Source: an uncultured Alphaproteobacteria bacterium (lineage in GTDB: Bacteria > Pseudomonadota > Alphaproteobacteria > Rhizobiales > Beijerinckiaceae). From it: 64,000 nucleotides of DNA. Under the pieces are notes generated by a model, which saw nothing but the letters and a program-made list of their open reading frames with translations, searched no databases and had not been told where the DNA came from. The stretch is from assembly GCA_963829515.1 (NCBI GenBank), contig CAWHIP010000021.1, forward strand, positions 3,614 through 67,613. Reading direction: 5' to 3'. The number at the start of each line of letters is the position of its first letter. The stretch's first letter is position 1. Both the position numbers and the translations under genes were made by a program. Below, piece after piece: positions 1 through 9,190 of the stretch.

Positions 1-2
1 CG

Positions 3-1058
3 CCCGAGCCGGCGGCGACCGTGATCCTGAACCGCCGCAGCGCGCAGGGCTTCGATCGAACCGCCCAAATGGGCGGCGGCGCGTTTTATCACCTGATCGA
101 CCGCCTGCTCGCCCGCGATGTCGCGCCATGGGACGTCTGGACCTATGCGCCGCGGATTCATCCGGTCTTCTTCATTCATCGCATCGATGGTCTCGACCCC
201 GGGCTCTATATCCTGTTGCGCAATCCAGACGCCGAAATGCCGCTGCGCCAAGCGCTTCGCCCGGAATTTCTCTGGAAACGCCCAGAGCATGCGCCGCCGC
301 AACTCGAATTCTATCAACTTTTGTCAGGCGATTGCGTCAAGGCCGCGCGAACCTTGAATTGCCATCAAGCGATCGCGGCGGATGGATGTTTCGCGCTCGG
401 CATGGTCAGCGAATTCGAAAATCTCGTTCGCGGCGAGCCTTGGCGCTACAGGCAGCTGCACTGGGAGGCGGGCCTGCTCGGGCATGTACTCTATCTAGAG
501 GCCGAGACATTGGGATTTCGCGGAACCGGCATTGGCTGCTATTTCGACGACGCCCTGCATGAGATTCTCGGTTTGAAGGACGCGGCCTTCGCGTCTCTCT
601 ATCATTTCACCGTCGGGCGCGCCCTGGTCGACACGCGGATCACAACGCTGCAACCCTATGCCGACCGCAATGTCGCAAATAGGACAAATGAGCAGCCCGA
701 GCCTGACGGCGCAAAATTAGGCAAAGTGAGTAAAGGAGAAGCGGCCATGGCCGAGGAAGCCAGTTTCCAGCGGATCGGCGCCGAGGCCGCCCGCGCATTG
801 CTTTCAAGCGGGGAAGCCTTGCTCCTCGACATGCGCGACCCTGGCTCTTACGAGGGCGGCCATATCGAAGGCGCCGAACATGTCACCGAAGCGAATATCT
901 TCAACTTCCTCTCCGGGACGCCGAAAGATAAGCCGGTTCTCATTTATTGCTATCATGGCAATGCAAGCCAAGTTTACGCCAAGACCTTCGCCGACTTTCG
1001 TTTCACCAAGGTCTATAGCCTCGACGGCGGCTATGAAGGCTGGAAAAAGGGCCTCTGA
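3..1058 (+). CDS. SagB/ThcOx-type nitroreductase-family protein (5' end outside window) in frame with a C-terminal GlpE-like rhodanese domain
   Basis: Frame open from base 3. Nitroreductase-like segments RRSAQGF, YRQLHWEAGLLGHVLYLEAE and GTGIGCYFDD, followed by a rhodanese (LDMRDPGSYEGGHIEGA, YCYHGNAS, LDGGYEGW). The rhodanese part has its own AAGGAG + ATG at 747. Confidence 0.75.
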   Translation, partial: PEPAATVILNRRSAQGFDRTAQMGGGAFYHLIDRLLARDVAPWDVWTYAPRIHPVFFIHRIDGLDPGLYILLRNPDAEMPLRQALRPEFLWKRPEHAPPQLEFYQLLSGDCVKAARTLNCHQAIAADGCFALGMVSEFENLVRGEPWRYRQLHWEAGLLGHVLYLEAETLGFRGTGIGCYFDDALHEILGLKDAAFASLYHFTVGRALVDTRITTLQPYADRNVANRTNEQPEPDGAKLGKVSKGEAAMAEEASFQRIGAEAARALLSSGEALLLDMRDPGSYEGGHIEGAEHVTEANIFNFLSGTPKDKPVLIYCYHGNASQVYAKTFADFRFTKVYSLDGGYEGWKKGL

Positions 1059-1146
1059 TCACGCGGGGACCAATGCTTACGGATTTGCGTGAGCCGGTTT
1101 GACAAGGGGCGGTTCGCATAGGAGCGGCGCAGTAGGTCATAAGGCC

Positions 1147-1785
1147 CTATAAATACTTCACATCAATCGTCTCGACGACTTTCTTAACGAGCGCGAAATT
1201 GTCTGCGGTAAGCGTATCCTTGCCGTCTATGAATTTCTGGATCAATAAGTCGCGCGCGCGCTTGATCTCCAATTTCAAGATTGCGACATCCTGTTTCAGG
1301 ACGGCGGTCTCCTTCAGCATTTGCAGATGAGCCTCCGCCTTATGGTCAAAGTCCTTGAGCTTGTCCCAATAGGTTTCGGCGCCGTCAAAGGGACGCGTCG
1401 TCGAAAGAATTTTGTATCGGGCGTATTTCTTTTGGGAATGGCTGAATTCGCTCGCCTGCTTCGGCGTGAGACCTTCGGCTTTGAGCGCGCGATAGCGTCG
1501 CGTCACAGCGGAAGCTGGGAATTCAGGGCCGTAGGGCTTGATCGAGAGGATGCGCCCTTTGGCGGCGTCGGCGGGACCTTGCTCCGCGGCCTCCGAAGGC
1601 GTCAGAGTTTCCGGGCTCGCCGGTTCGCCCGGCGCCATTGGCGCATCCGCCGAATGCGCCGCGGGATCCAAGGCGGCGCGCGGCGTCGAGGCTGGTTGCG
1701 GGCCCTGGAATGGCAAGCAGATAATTTCGCTGAAGCCTTCCGCGACTGTCCTGATGAAGGACCCAAATTTGCCAAAGGTGCTCAT
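1147..1785 (-). CDS. hypothetical protein (Pro/Ala-rich N-terminal half, basic helical C-terminal half)
   Basis: 212-aa ORF with a Lys-rich C-terminus and no competing recognisable gene; no family recognised. Confidence 0.55.
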   Translation of the reverse strand: MSTFGKFGSFIRTVAEGFSEIICLPFQGPQPASTPRAALDPAAHSADAPMAPGEPASPETLTPSEAAEQGPADAAKGRILSIKPYGPEFPASAVTRRYRALKAEGLTPKQASEFSHSQKKYARYKILSTTRPFDGAETYWDKLKDFDHKAEAHLQMLKETAVLKQDVAILKLEIKRARDLLIQKFIDGKDTLTADNFALVKKVVETIDVKYL

Positions 1786-2275
1786 GCGCCATTCAAGCCT
1801 TGAAGAAAAGCGGCGGGATTCCGCCAGTTACGTAAACGCCTGTTTGCGCGACTTCATTCCTCAGGATTGAGAACCTGGAACATTACCTTTCAAAATCTTT
1901 TTCTTTTTATCGCATCATTGGCTGGCGAGAGCCGTGAGCGCTGAGAGGCTTGGCGCGCTTTGCGCACATATAGGGGCCTTGACCGAGGTCGCGGCGCCGG
2001 ATCTATCTCTACGCCAAGCCGATCCGCGACTGGTCGGCGCGCGCAACCTCCAAGCTAATTTGCTCTTTAGTCGGTCTTCGCGGCTTTGGGATGACGGAAG
2101 CCGGTCACGCCGTCTTCCCGGCTGTCGCACCCCTATAGATCAAGTCACAGATGTTTTGTTAAGGTTAACATGATTCGGGCTGATCACAGCGGCTGAAAGC
2201 CGCTTCAAGCCCGTTGTCCACAAGGCGCGGAACGCATCGAAAACGCAATCCGGCGTCGATCACGGCAAATCGCCA

Positions 2276-2392
2276 TTAGAGCGCGTTCCGATCGGATGGA
2301 GACATCCAATCGACAGGAACTCGCTGCAGATCAATAAGTTGGAGCATGTTCTGATCGAAAAAGTCGATCAACTTTTTCGGAACATGCTCTAG
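2276..2392. repeat. 117-bp palindromic intergenic element (RIME/MITE-like), copy 1
   Basis: Ends TTAGAGC...GCTCTAG. Internal hairpins GGATG-gaga-CATCC and GAGCATGTTC..GAAAAAGT-cgatca-ACTTTTTC..GAACATGCTC. Related copies at 44775 and 45125. Confidence 0.85.
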
Positions 2393-2519
2393 CGGCCCCA
2401 TGCGGCGGGCGCGACATGTCCCGAAGCGTTGACCGCTGTTTCGCGGCGCGCATCCGTCGGCCCTTAAATTTAATTTGGCCCATGCGCTTGAGTGCGTTGG
2501 CTCGGAAGGACTCCAAGAC

Positions 2520-3401
2520 GTGCCGGAACTGCCTGAAGTCGAAACGGTTCGCCGCGGCCTTGAGCCGGCGATGGTCGGCGCGCGGTTTGTCGGAATAGAC
2601 CAAAGGCGGCCTGACCTGCGCTTCCCCTTTCCGGAAAATTTCCCGAAACGCCTGATTGGCCGGCGCGTCGAGGCGCTCGGGCGGCGCGCGAAATATTTGC
2701 TCGCTGATCTCGACGACGGGGAAGTTCTTGTGATGCATCTTGGCATGTCGGGATCGTTTCGGATCGAGGCGACCGGGCCTCGGCTCCCTCCCGCGAACAA
2801 GGGCGAGGCGGCCGCCAAAAACGCGGCCCATGATCATGTCGCCTTCGATCTCTCGACCGGCGCGCGCGTCACCTACAATGATCCGCGCCGGTTCGGCTTC
2901 ATGCTGTTGATCCGGCGCGTCGAACTTGCCTCCCATCCGCTGTTCAAAACGATCGGGATCGAGCCGCTCGGCAATGCGCTCGATGCAGCGGCGCTCGCGG
3001 CGCTCTTCGCGGGAAAGACGACGTCGCTGAAGGCGGCTTTGCTCGATCAGAGCCTAATCGCGGGCCTCGGCAATATTTACGTCTGCGAGGCGCTGCACCG
3101 CGCCGGGCTTTCGCCGCGCCGCGCCGCCGGCGCCCTCGCGCGGAAGGACGGGAGTCCGAGCGAACGCGCCCATGTCCTGGCCGGCGTCATTCGTGAAGTG
3201 CTGGAGGAAGCCGTCGCTGCGGGCGGCTCGTCGCTGCGCGATCATCGCCAGACCAATGGCGCGCTCGGCTATTTCCAGCATAGTTTCCGCGTCTACGACC
3301 GCGCGGGGAGCCCCTGCCAAAAGCCCGGCTGCGGCGGCGCGGTCAAGCGAATCGTTCAGTCCGGCCGCGCGACATTCTTTTGTCCATCGTGCCAAAGATA
3401 A
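2520..3401 (+). CDS. mutM: formamidopyrimidine-DNA glycosylase Fpg/MutM
   Basis: GTG start at 2520 after GGAAGGA gives the N-terminus (M)[11 protein letters not shown]. Also contains HLGMSG, DPRRFG, GLGNIY and a C-terminal zinc finger CQKPGC...FCPSCQ. Confidence 0.97.
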   Translation: MPELPEVETVRRGLEPAMVGARFVGIDQRRPDLRFPFPENFPKRLIGRRVEALGRRAKYLLADLDDGEVLVMHLGMSGSFRIEATGPRLPPANKGEAAAKNAAHDHVAFDLSTGARVTYNDPRRFGFMLLIRRVELASHPLFKTIGIEPLGNALDAAALAALFAGKTTSLKAALLDQSLIAGLGNIYVCEALHRAGLSPRRAAGALARKDGSPSERAHVLAGVIREVLEEAVAAGGSSLRDHRQTNGALGYFQHSFRVYDRAGSPCQKPGCGGAVKRIVQSGRATFFCPSCQR

Positions 3402-3418
3402 GTCGATCAATACCGGCT

Positions 3419-4252
3419 CTAGTTATGCGCCACCTTGGCGGACTTACCCGGCTTGAGCGGCGAAGATCCAAGCACCACCACCCTGGTTCCGACCGGCGTG
3501 CGGTTATAGAGATCGATGACGTCCTGGTTGATCATGCGGATGCAGCCGGATGACACGCTTTGGCCGATGGTCCAGGGCTCGACCGTGCCGTGAATGCGAA
3601 ACAGCGTGTCCTGATTGCCCTGCCAAAGATACATGGCGCGGGCGCCGAGCGGATTTTTCGGTCCGCCATGCATCCCGACGCCGCTCTGCAGCTCGCTCAT
3701 CATTTTCTTGAGCTCGGGCTTGCGCTCGATCATTTCCTTTGGCGGATACCAATCCGGCCATTCCTGCTTGCTCTTGATCGTCGCCTCGCCTGACCAAACG
3801 AAGCCTTCGCGGCCGACGCCGACGCCATAGCGGGTCGCCCGGCCGCCGTCCTCGACATGGTAGAGATAATGATGCGCCGGATCGACCACGATCGTGCCGG
3901 GCGGCTCCTTGGTCGCGTAGGCGACGTTCGCGCGAACAAAGGCGCGGTTGATCTCGGACAGCTTCACCGCTGGCACAGGAAATGGCTCGCCCGAGACCGG
4001 CCCATAGGTCGCGCCGGACTTCGCATCTCCACCGACATCAGCCACGAAATCCGCGTCCGCCGTTTGCGGCGGCGGGAGCTGCGCTGTTTGCACGGCGGCC
4101 AGCGGCGGAACCTGGGTGGCCGACGCGTAAGGCGCGGCGGGAGCAGCCGCCTGCAGCGAAGTATTTGGGCTCGTGCTGACGCAGCCGGCAAGGCCTAACG
4201 CCGCCGAGACCGAGGCCCCGGCGATGACTGTGCGGCGGTTCACGTTTGACAT
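3419..4252 (-). CDS. L,D-transpeptidase (ErfK/YkuD family), Tat/lipoprotein-like leader
   Basis: RRTV leader, LAGC lipobox, NPLGARAMYL and catalytic IHGT...SSGCIRM. Confidence 0.93.
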   Translation of the reverse strand: MSNVNRRTVIAGASVSAALGLAGCVSTSPNTSLQAAAPAAPYASATQVPPLAAVQTAQLPPPQTADADFVADVGGDAKSGATYGPVSGEPFPVPAVKLSEINRAFVRANVAYATKEPPGTIVVDPAHHYLYHVEDGGRATRYGVGVGREGFVWSGEATIKSKQEWPDWYPPKEMIERKPELKKMMSELQSGVGMHGGPKNPLGARAMYLWQGNQDTLFRIHGTVEPWTIGQSVSSGCIRMINQDVIDLYNRTPVGTRVVVLGSSPLKPGKSAKVAHN

Positions 4253-4424
4253 GGGCGTATCATCCGGGCGGGAGATTGAAATCCAACCCTAGCCGAGATG
4301 CGGATGCGGCGATATTGCACGAAAGCCACGGTCGCCGCTTTCTTTGGCGCAAGACACGGACGATCTGGCGCGCGTCCCCAAAAATTTGCCGCCCTCGCAG
4401 GATTTTGCGAATGGCCCCCTTGCG

Positions 4425-4475
4425 AAAACACAGTTTCGATATATCTTTTATTTCGATATATCGAAACTGTGTTTT
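4425..4475. promoter_or_regulatory. perfect 21-bp inverted repeat / tandem operator upstream of the PadR gene
   Basis: AAAACACAGTTTCGATATATC-ttttatttc-GATATATCGAAACTGTGTTTT. Contains the 16-bp palindrome TTTCGATATATCGAAA (4451-4466) and a near copy at 4434-4449. Confidence 0.75.
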
Positions 4476-4511
4476 TGATGATCTTAAAAGGCAACATAAA
4501 GGACCAAACCC

Positions 4512-5081
4512 ATGAGATTTCACCCTCATTTTCATGCTTTCGCACATGGCGAAGGGCATTCCCGCTTCGGGGGCCCGGGCGAGCATGGCTTTTTCCAGCG
4601 CCACGGCCAACCCGGCGGGCGCAAGCGCATGTTCGAGCAGGGCGACCTTCGCTTCGTCGTGTTGAAGCTGATTTCGGAAAAACCCTCGCACGGCTATGAA
4701 ATCATCAAGGCGATCGAGGAGCGTCTTGGCGGCGCTTATGCGCCGAGCCCAGGCGTCATCTATCCGACGCTAACGCTTCTGGAGGAAATGGGCGCGATAC
4801 GCGTGCAGGAGACCGAAGGCCCGCGCAAGCTCTATGCGATCACGCCCGAGGGCGAGCAGCTGCTGCGGCAAAACCAAGCGGCGGTCGAGACGATCTTCAG
4901 CCGCATGGCGGATGTCAACGCCAGGCATGGCGGCGGACCCGCGCCGCAGATCATCCGCGCGATGGAAAATCTCCGAACCTCCCTGCGGCTGCGCCTGTCG
5001 CACGGCCCGCTCAATCCGGAGCAAATGGCTGACATCGCCAATATTCTCGACGCGGCGGCTAAAGCCGTCGAGGCGAGCTAG
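4512..5081 (+). CDS. PadR-family transcriptional regulator, YqjI/NfeR-like with His-rich N-terminus
   Basis: GDLRFVVLKLISEKPSHGYEIIK and PSPGVIYPTLTLLEE; N-terminus MRFHPHFHAFAHGEGH. Confidence 0.92.
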   Translation: MRFHPHFHAFAHGEGHSRFGGPGEHGFFQRHGQPGGRKRMFEQGDLRFVVLKLISEKPSHGYEIIKAIEERLGGAYAPSPGVIYPTLTLLEEMGAIRVQETEGPRKLYAITPEGEQLLRQNQAAVETIFSRMADVNARHGGGPAPQIIRAMENLRTSLRLRLSHGPLNPEQMADIANILDAAAKAVEAS

Positions 5082-5149
5082 GCTTCGACGCCGGGTCGCG
5101 CAATGGAAACGGGGGCCAGGAGCCGGCGTAATCTGGTCCCATCGCGGGC

Positions 5150-6970
5150 CTAGGCGCTCTCCTTCGCCCGGAAGGCGCGCTTGCGCTCGTTCGGGTCGAG
5201 GTAGGTCTTGCGCAGCCGGATCGACTTCGGCGTGACTTCGACCAGTTCGTCGTCCTCGATATAGGCAAGCGCCCGCTCCAGAGTCATTCGGATCGGCGGG
5301 GTGAGCCGGACCGCCTCGTCCTTGCCGGCGGCGCGGATATTGGTCAGCTGCTTGCCCTTAAGCACATTGATCTCGAGGTCGTTTTCCCGCGTGTGCTCGC
5401 CGACGATCATGCCGCGATAGACCTTCCAACCGGGCTCGATCATCATCGGGCCGCGATCTTCGAGCTTCCACATGGCGTAGGCGACGGATTTGCCATTGTC
5501 ATTGGAGATCAGCACGCCGTTGCGCCGCCCAGTGATCTCGCCCTTCCAAGGCGCGTATTCGTGAAACAGACGGTTCATGATCGCGGTGCCGCGCGTATCG
5601 GTCAGGAGCTCGCCCTGATAGCCGATGAGCCCCCGCGTTGGAGCATGGAACACCAGCCGCAGCCGATTGCCGCCGGACGGACGCATCTCGATCATCTCAG
5701 CCTTGCGTTCGGCCATTTTTTGCACGACGACGCCGGAATGCTCTTCGTCGACGTCGATCACGACTTCTTCGATCGGCTCGAGCAGCTGCTTGCCGTCCTC
5801 GCTCTTTTGAAAAACGACCTTGGGACGGGAGACGCCGAGCTCGAAACCCTCCCGCCGCATTGTCTCGATCAAGATCGCAAGCTGCAATTCACCCCGGCCA
5901 GAGACGATATAAGAATCAGACCCCGGCGAATCCTCGATCTTCAAGGCGACATTGCCTTCCGCCTCCTTGTAGAGACGGTCGCGGATGACCCGGCTCGTGA
6001 CTTTGTCCCCTTCCGTGCCGGCGAGCGGCGAATCATTGACGAGGAAGGTCATGGACAGCGTCGGCGGATCAATCGGCTGGGCCTGCAAGGGCTCGACGAC
6101 GTCCGGCGCGCATAGCGTGTCGGCGACGTTGAATTTCTCCAGTCCGGCGATAGCGACGATATCGCCCGGCTCGGCTTCGTCGATGGGGGTGCGCTCGATG
6201 CCGCGAAAGGCCAGGATCTTGGACACCCGGCCCTGTTCGACGACATTGCCGTTGCGGTCGAGAACCTTGACGCTCTGGTTCGGCTTCACCGAGCCGGCGA
6301 ATACGCGGCCCGTGACCAGGCGGCCGAGATAGGGATTGGCTTCGAGCAAGGTGCCGAGCATGCGAAAGCCGCCGTCTTCAATGCGCGGCGCCGGGACATG
6401 CTTAAGAACAAGGTCGAACAAGGGCGCCATGCCCTCCTGCGGACCCTCCGGGCTCGCGGCCATCCAGCCCTGTTTCGCCGAACCGTAGAGGATCGGAAAA
6501 TCGAGCTGCTCATCGGTCGCGTCGAGGGCCGCGAAAAGATCGAAAACCTCGTTGACGACCTCGGTGATGCGGGCGTCCGGCTTATCGACCTTATTGACCG
6601 CGACGATCGGGCGAAGGCCGATTTTCAGCGCTTTTCCGACCACGAATTTGGTCTGCGGCATCGGCCCTTCCGACGCATCGACAAGAACAATCGCGCCATC
6701 GACCATCGAAAGGATGCGCTCAACCTCGCCGCCGAAATCGGCATGGCCGGGGGTGTCGACAATATTGATGCGCGTGTCCTTCCAGGCGATCGAGGTGGCC
6801 TTGGCCATGATCGTGATCCCACGCTCTTTTTCGAGATCGTTCGAATCCATGACCCGCTCGGCGACGCGCTGATTGTCGCGAAACGCGCCCGATTGCTGGA
6901 GCAGCCGGTCGACCAGCGTCGTCTTGCCGTGATCGACGTGGGCGATAATAGCTATATTGCGGAGATTCAT
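5150..6970 (-). CDS. typA: translational GTPase TypA/BipA
   Basis: [36 protein letters not shown] and C-terminal [14 protein letters not shown]. Confidence 0.98.
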   Translation of the reverse strand: MNLRNIAIIAHVDHGKTTLVDRLLQQSGAFRDNQRVAERVMDSNDLEKERGITIMAKATSIAWKDTRINIVDTPGHADFGGEVERILSMVDGAIVLVDASEGPMPQTKFVVGKALKIGLRPIVAVNKVDKPDARITEVVNEVFDLFAALDATDEQLDFPILYGSAKQGWMAASPEGPQEGMAPLFDLVLKHVPAPRIEDGGFRMLGTLLEANPYLGRLVTGRVFAGSVKPNQSVKVLDRNGNVVEQGRVSKILAFRGIERTPIDEAEPGDIVAIAGLEKFNVADTLCAPDVVEPLQAQPIDPPTLSMTFLVNDSPLAGTEGDKVTSRVIRDRLYKEAEGNVALKIEDSPGSDSYIVSGRGELQLAILIETMRREGFELGVSRPKVVFQKSEDGKQLLEPIEEVVIDVDEEHSGVVVQKMAERKAEMIEMRPSGGNRLRLVFHAPTRGLIGYQGELLTDTRGTAIMNRLFHEYAPWKGEITGRRNGVLISNDNGKSVAYAMWKLEDRGPMMIEPGWKVYRGMIVGEHTRENDLEINVLKGKQLTNIRAAGKDEAVRLTPPIRMTLERALAYIEDDELVEVTPKSIRLRKTYLDPNERKRAFRAKESA

Positions 6971-7243
6971 TTGTTCGCCAGTCTTAAGTGAAGCTGTCTC
7001 GTTCAAGTTGATTTGGTCTCTAAATCAGAGACGCGGCGGCCACTCGCGCCAAAGCCGCCCGGGCGAACTCTTGCGTCCCGGAGTCCGTGAGCGTTTCTCA
7101 AGATGACCGATTATAATATGGGGCGCCGCCTTCGCAGTTGCAGCATCCCTTATACGAAACAGCTTGATTTGGAAACCTCTTATGCGCCGCCTCCGCGAAG
7201 TTCTCATGAAGGACGCCGCTTGGCCGGGCGGGATCGCCGCGTC

Positions 7244-7486
7244 ATGGACGGACTGACCCTATTCGGCCTCATCGCGGTTTGCGCGATGCTCGCCGCCTAT
7301 GCGCTCGAAGAGCGTAGCGCATGGTTCATTCTTGGCTTCGCCTTCGCCTGTTGCCTCGGCTCGATCTATGGTTTTCTGCAGGGCGCCCGGCCCTTTGGGC
7401 TGGTCGAAGCGATCTGGAGCCTAGTCGCGCTGCGGCGGTGGCGGGTCTTCCGGCGAAAAGCGCTCCGAATCGACCCTATTCGTTGA
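7244..7486 (+). CDS. small conserved membrane protein
   Basis: MDGLTLFGLIAV...GSIYGFLQGARPFGLVEAIW; about 80 aa, 2-3 hydrophobic helices. Confidence 0.65.
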   Translation: MDGLTLFGLIAVCAMLAAYALEERSAWFILGFAFACCLGSIYGFLQGARPFGLVEAIWSLVALRRWRVFRRKALRIDPIR

Positions 7487-8807
7487 CAAGGCGGGGCGCG
7501 AAGCGGGTGCGGACCGGAGCCTCGAAAAACCGCCGCCGATCGGCGATGGCGTGGCGGACCTGGTTCAAGGCGAGCCCGGTCGCGGCCAGACGGTTGCCGC
7601 TCAAGGCATGACTCGCGTCGAGGGCCAGCGCCATGGCCAGAAGCTCGTCGGCTTCGTTTTCGAGCTCATCGAGCGCGTCGAGACGCTCCGCGCCGCGGCT
7701 GAGCCTGATGATGTCGACCAGACGCTGCAAGATCCGCTCGAAATCGGCGCCTTGACGGCGGTTGAACCGCGCCACGAGCGCGGCGGCGCCCGTGCCGAAC
7801 AGGCTGAGGACCATGGCCCCGATATAGATAAAATCGCTATAGGTGTCGAAAAAGCTTTTCTCTTCGTCGTCGAGATAGGCGCCCGCGCCCGGGTGAACCG
7901 GCAGGGCCGCGCCCTTGTCGGTCGACGGCGCCTCGATGCGATTCGCCATCGGAATGCGCGCCGCTATGCTTGGCCGCGCGTCGAGCAGGAGCTTCGTCAA
8001 TTCGGCGACGGTTTCATTGTCAAGGCTATGCCGCGCGACCAGGCGCGTGCTCGCGCCGAGCGTGTCGAGATCGGCGGCGGGTCTCGGCTGCGCCCCGCCA
8101 AACGCGCCGCGCGTCACTTCAATCGAATTCAAAGTTCGGCGAGCGCTGCGCGATTGCTTTCGCCTCGTCGATCGGAATGAATTCGGGCGGGCCTTTTCCA
8201 GCTTCCGCGACGGCCGCGATCGCAGCCATGCCGATCGGCGATCCAGGCGCTTCAATGGCGAGGATGGCGTCGACCTCGCCATGCGCGATCGCCGCCTTGA
8301 CGTCTTCGAGAGCCAGCGCGAGCTTCCGGACCGAGCCGGCGGGAACTTCATATTGCGTGAGAATCGCATCGAGCATGCTTTGGGCGCTCGTCTTCCCCGC
8401 TTCGCCGCCCAGGAGGACGCCAATTTTCTTGCCGCGCAGATCCTCGACGGCGTGAAGCTCGGATCGCGCCGGCACGATCAAAAGCGCGGCGTTGCGGCGC
8501 ATGATCAAGACGGTCTGGCCGCTGGCCGGCATGGCGACATCGCTGCGCACGACGGCGAGATCGGCGCGCTGGTCGTCGAGGACCCGCGCGCTTTCCGCCA
8601 GCGTGTCGACAATGACAGGCTTAAGCCGAACCAGTCCCGCTCATGCGCGAAGTCTTGGGCGGCGGCGGTGAAAATGGCCTGGTCGTCGCTGTCGCGCATC
8701 ACCGCGACGCGGAGAACGGTCGGCCGCTCATAGAAATAGACCGCCGAGCCAAAGGCCGCGACTAAGGCGAGGGCGCCGCCAGCGGCGGCAAGTTTAAGAG
8801 CGCGCAT
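7476..8807 (-). CDS. TAXI-family solute-binding protein with N- and C-terminal TM segments (two frameshifts in this assembly, ~8640 and ~8120)
   Basis: Three consecutive frames join: MRALKLAAAGG.. (AAGGAG upstream), ..VEDLRGKKIGV.., and ..LPVHPGAGAYLDDEEKSFF.. followed by a TM helix. Confidence 0.8.
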
Positions 8808-9190
8808 CCTAGTCTCCTTGGAGCCTGATCCGTCGAAGCGGGACTCGTCCGCTGGAAAACGCGCCCTTGGCCCCCCAAGCCCGAAGCGCTGTGTCAAGCT
8901 GGCGCCCGCCGGCCCCGGCGCCTCTCGTCCAAATGCAGCGAACCTTGAAAACAAGGCAGGATCATGAAAATTCTCTTAAATTCACTTATTCGCGCCGCCC
9001 TCCTCCCGCGCGCAAAGCGAATTCGCGAGTTCGATTCACCTTCAACCTCTGAAGACATGGCTTCAAGCATGGATTGCGCCAGCCAATAACCTATAGAGAA
9101 TGCCAACAAGGATTAAGATTCGACTCAAAAGCGGGCAAATCATTACCCTCGAATGCGCTTGAAATTACGCCAATCATCAGGACATGCGCG

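Noticed and set aside
2276-2818. ORFs containing LEHVPKKLIDFF / LERIAKKLIDFF peptides (also 44601-44837 and 44655-45197)
   Set aside because: They are translations of the palindromic repeat element, not independent genes.
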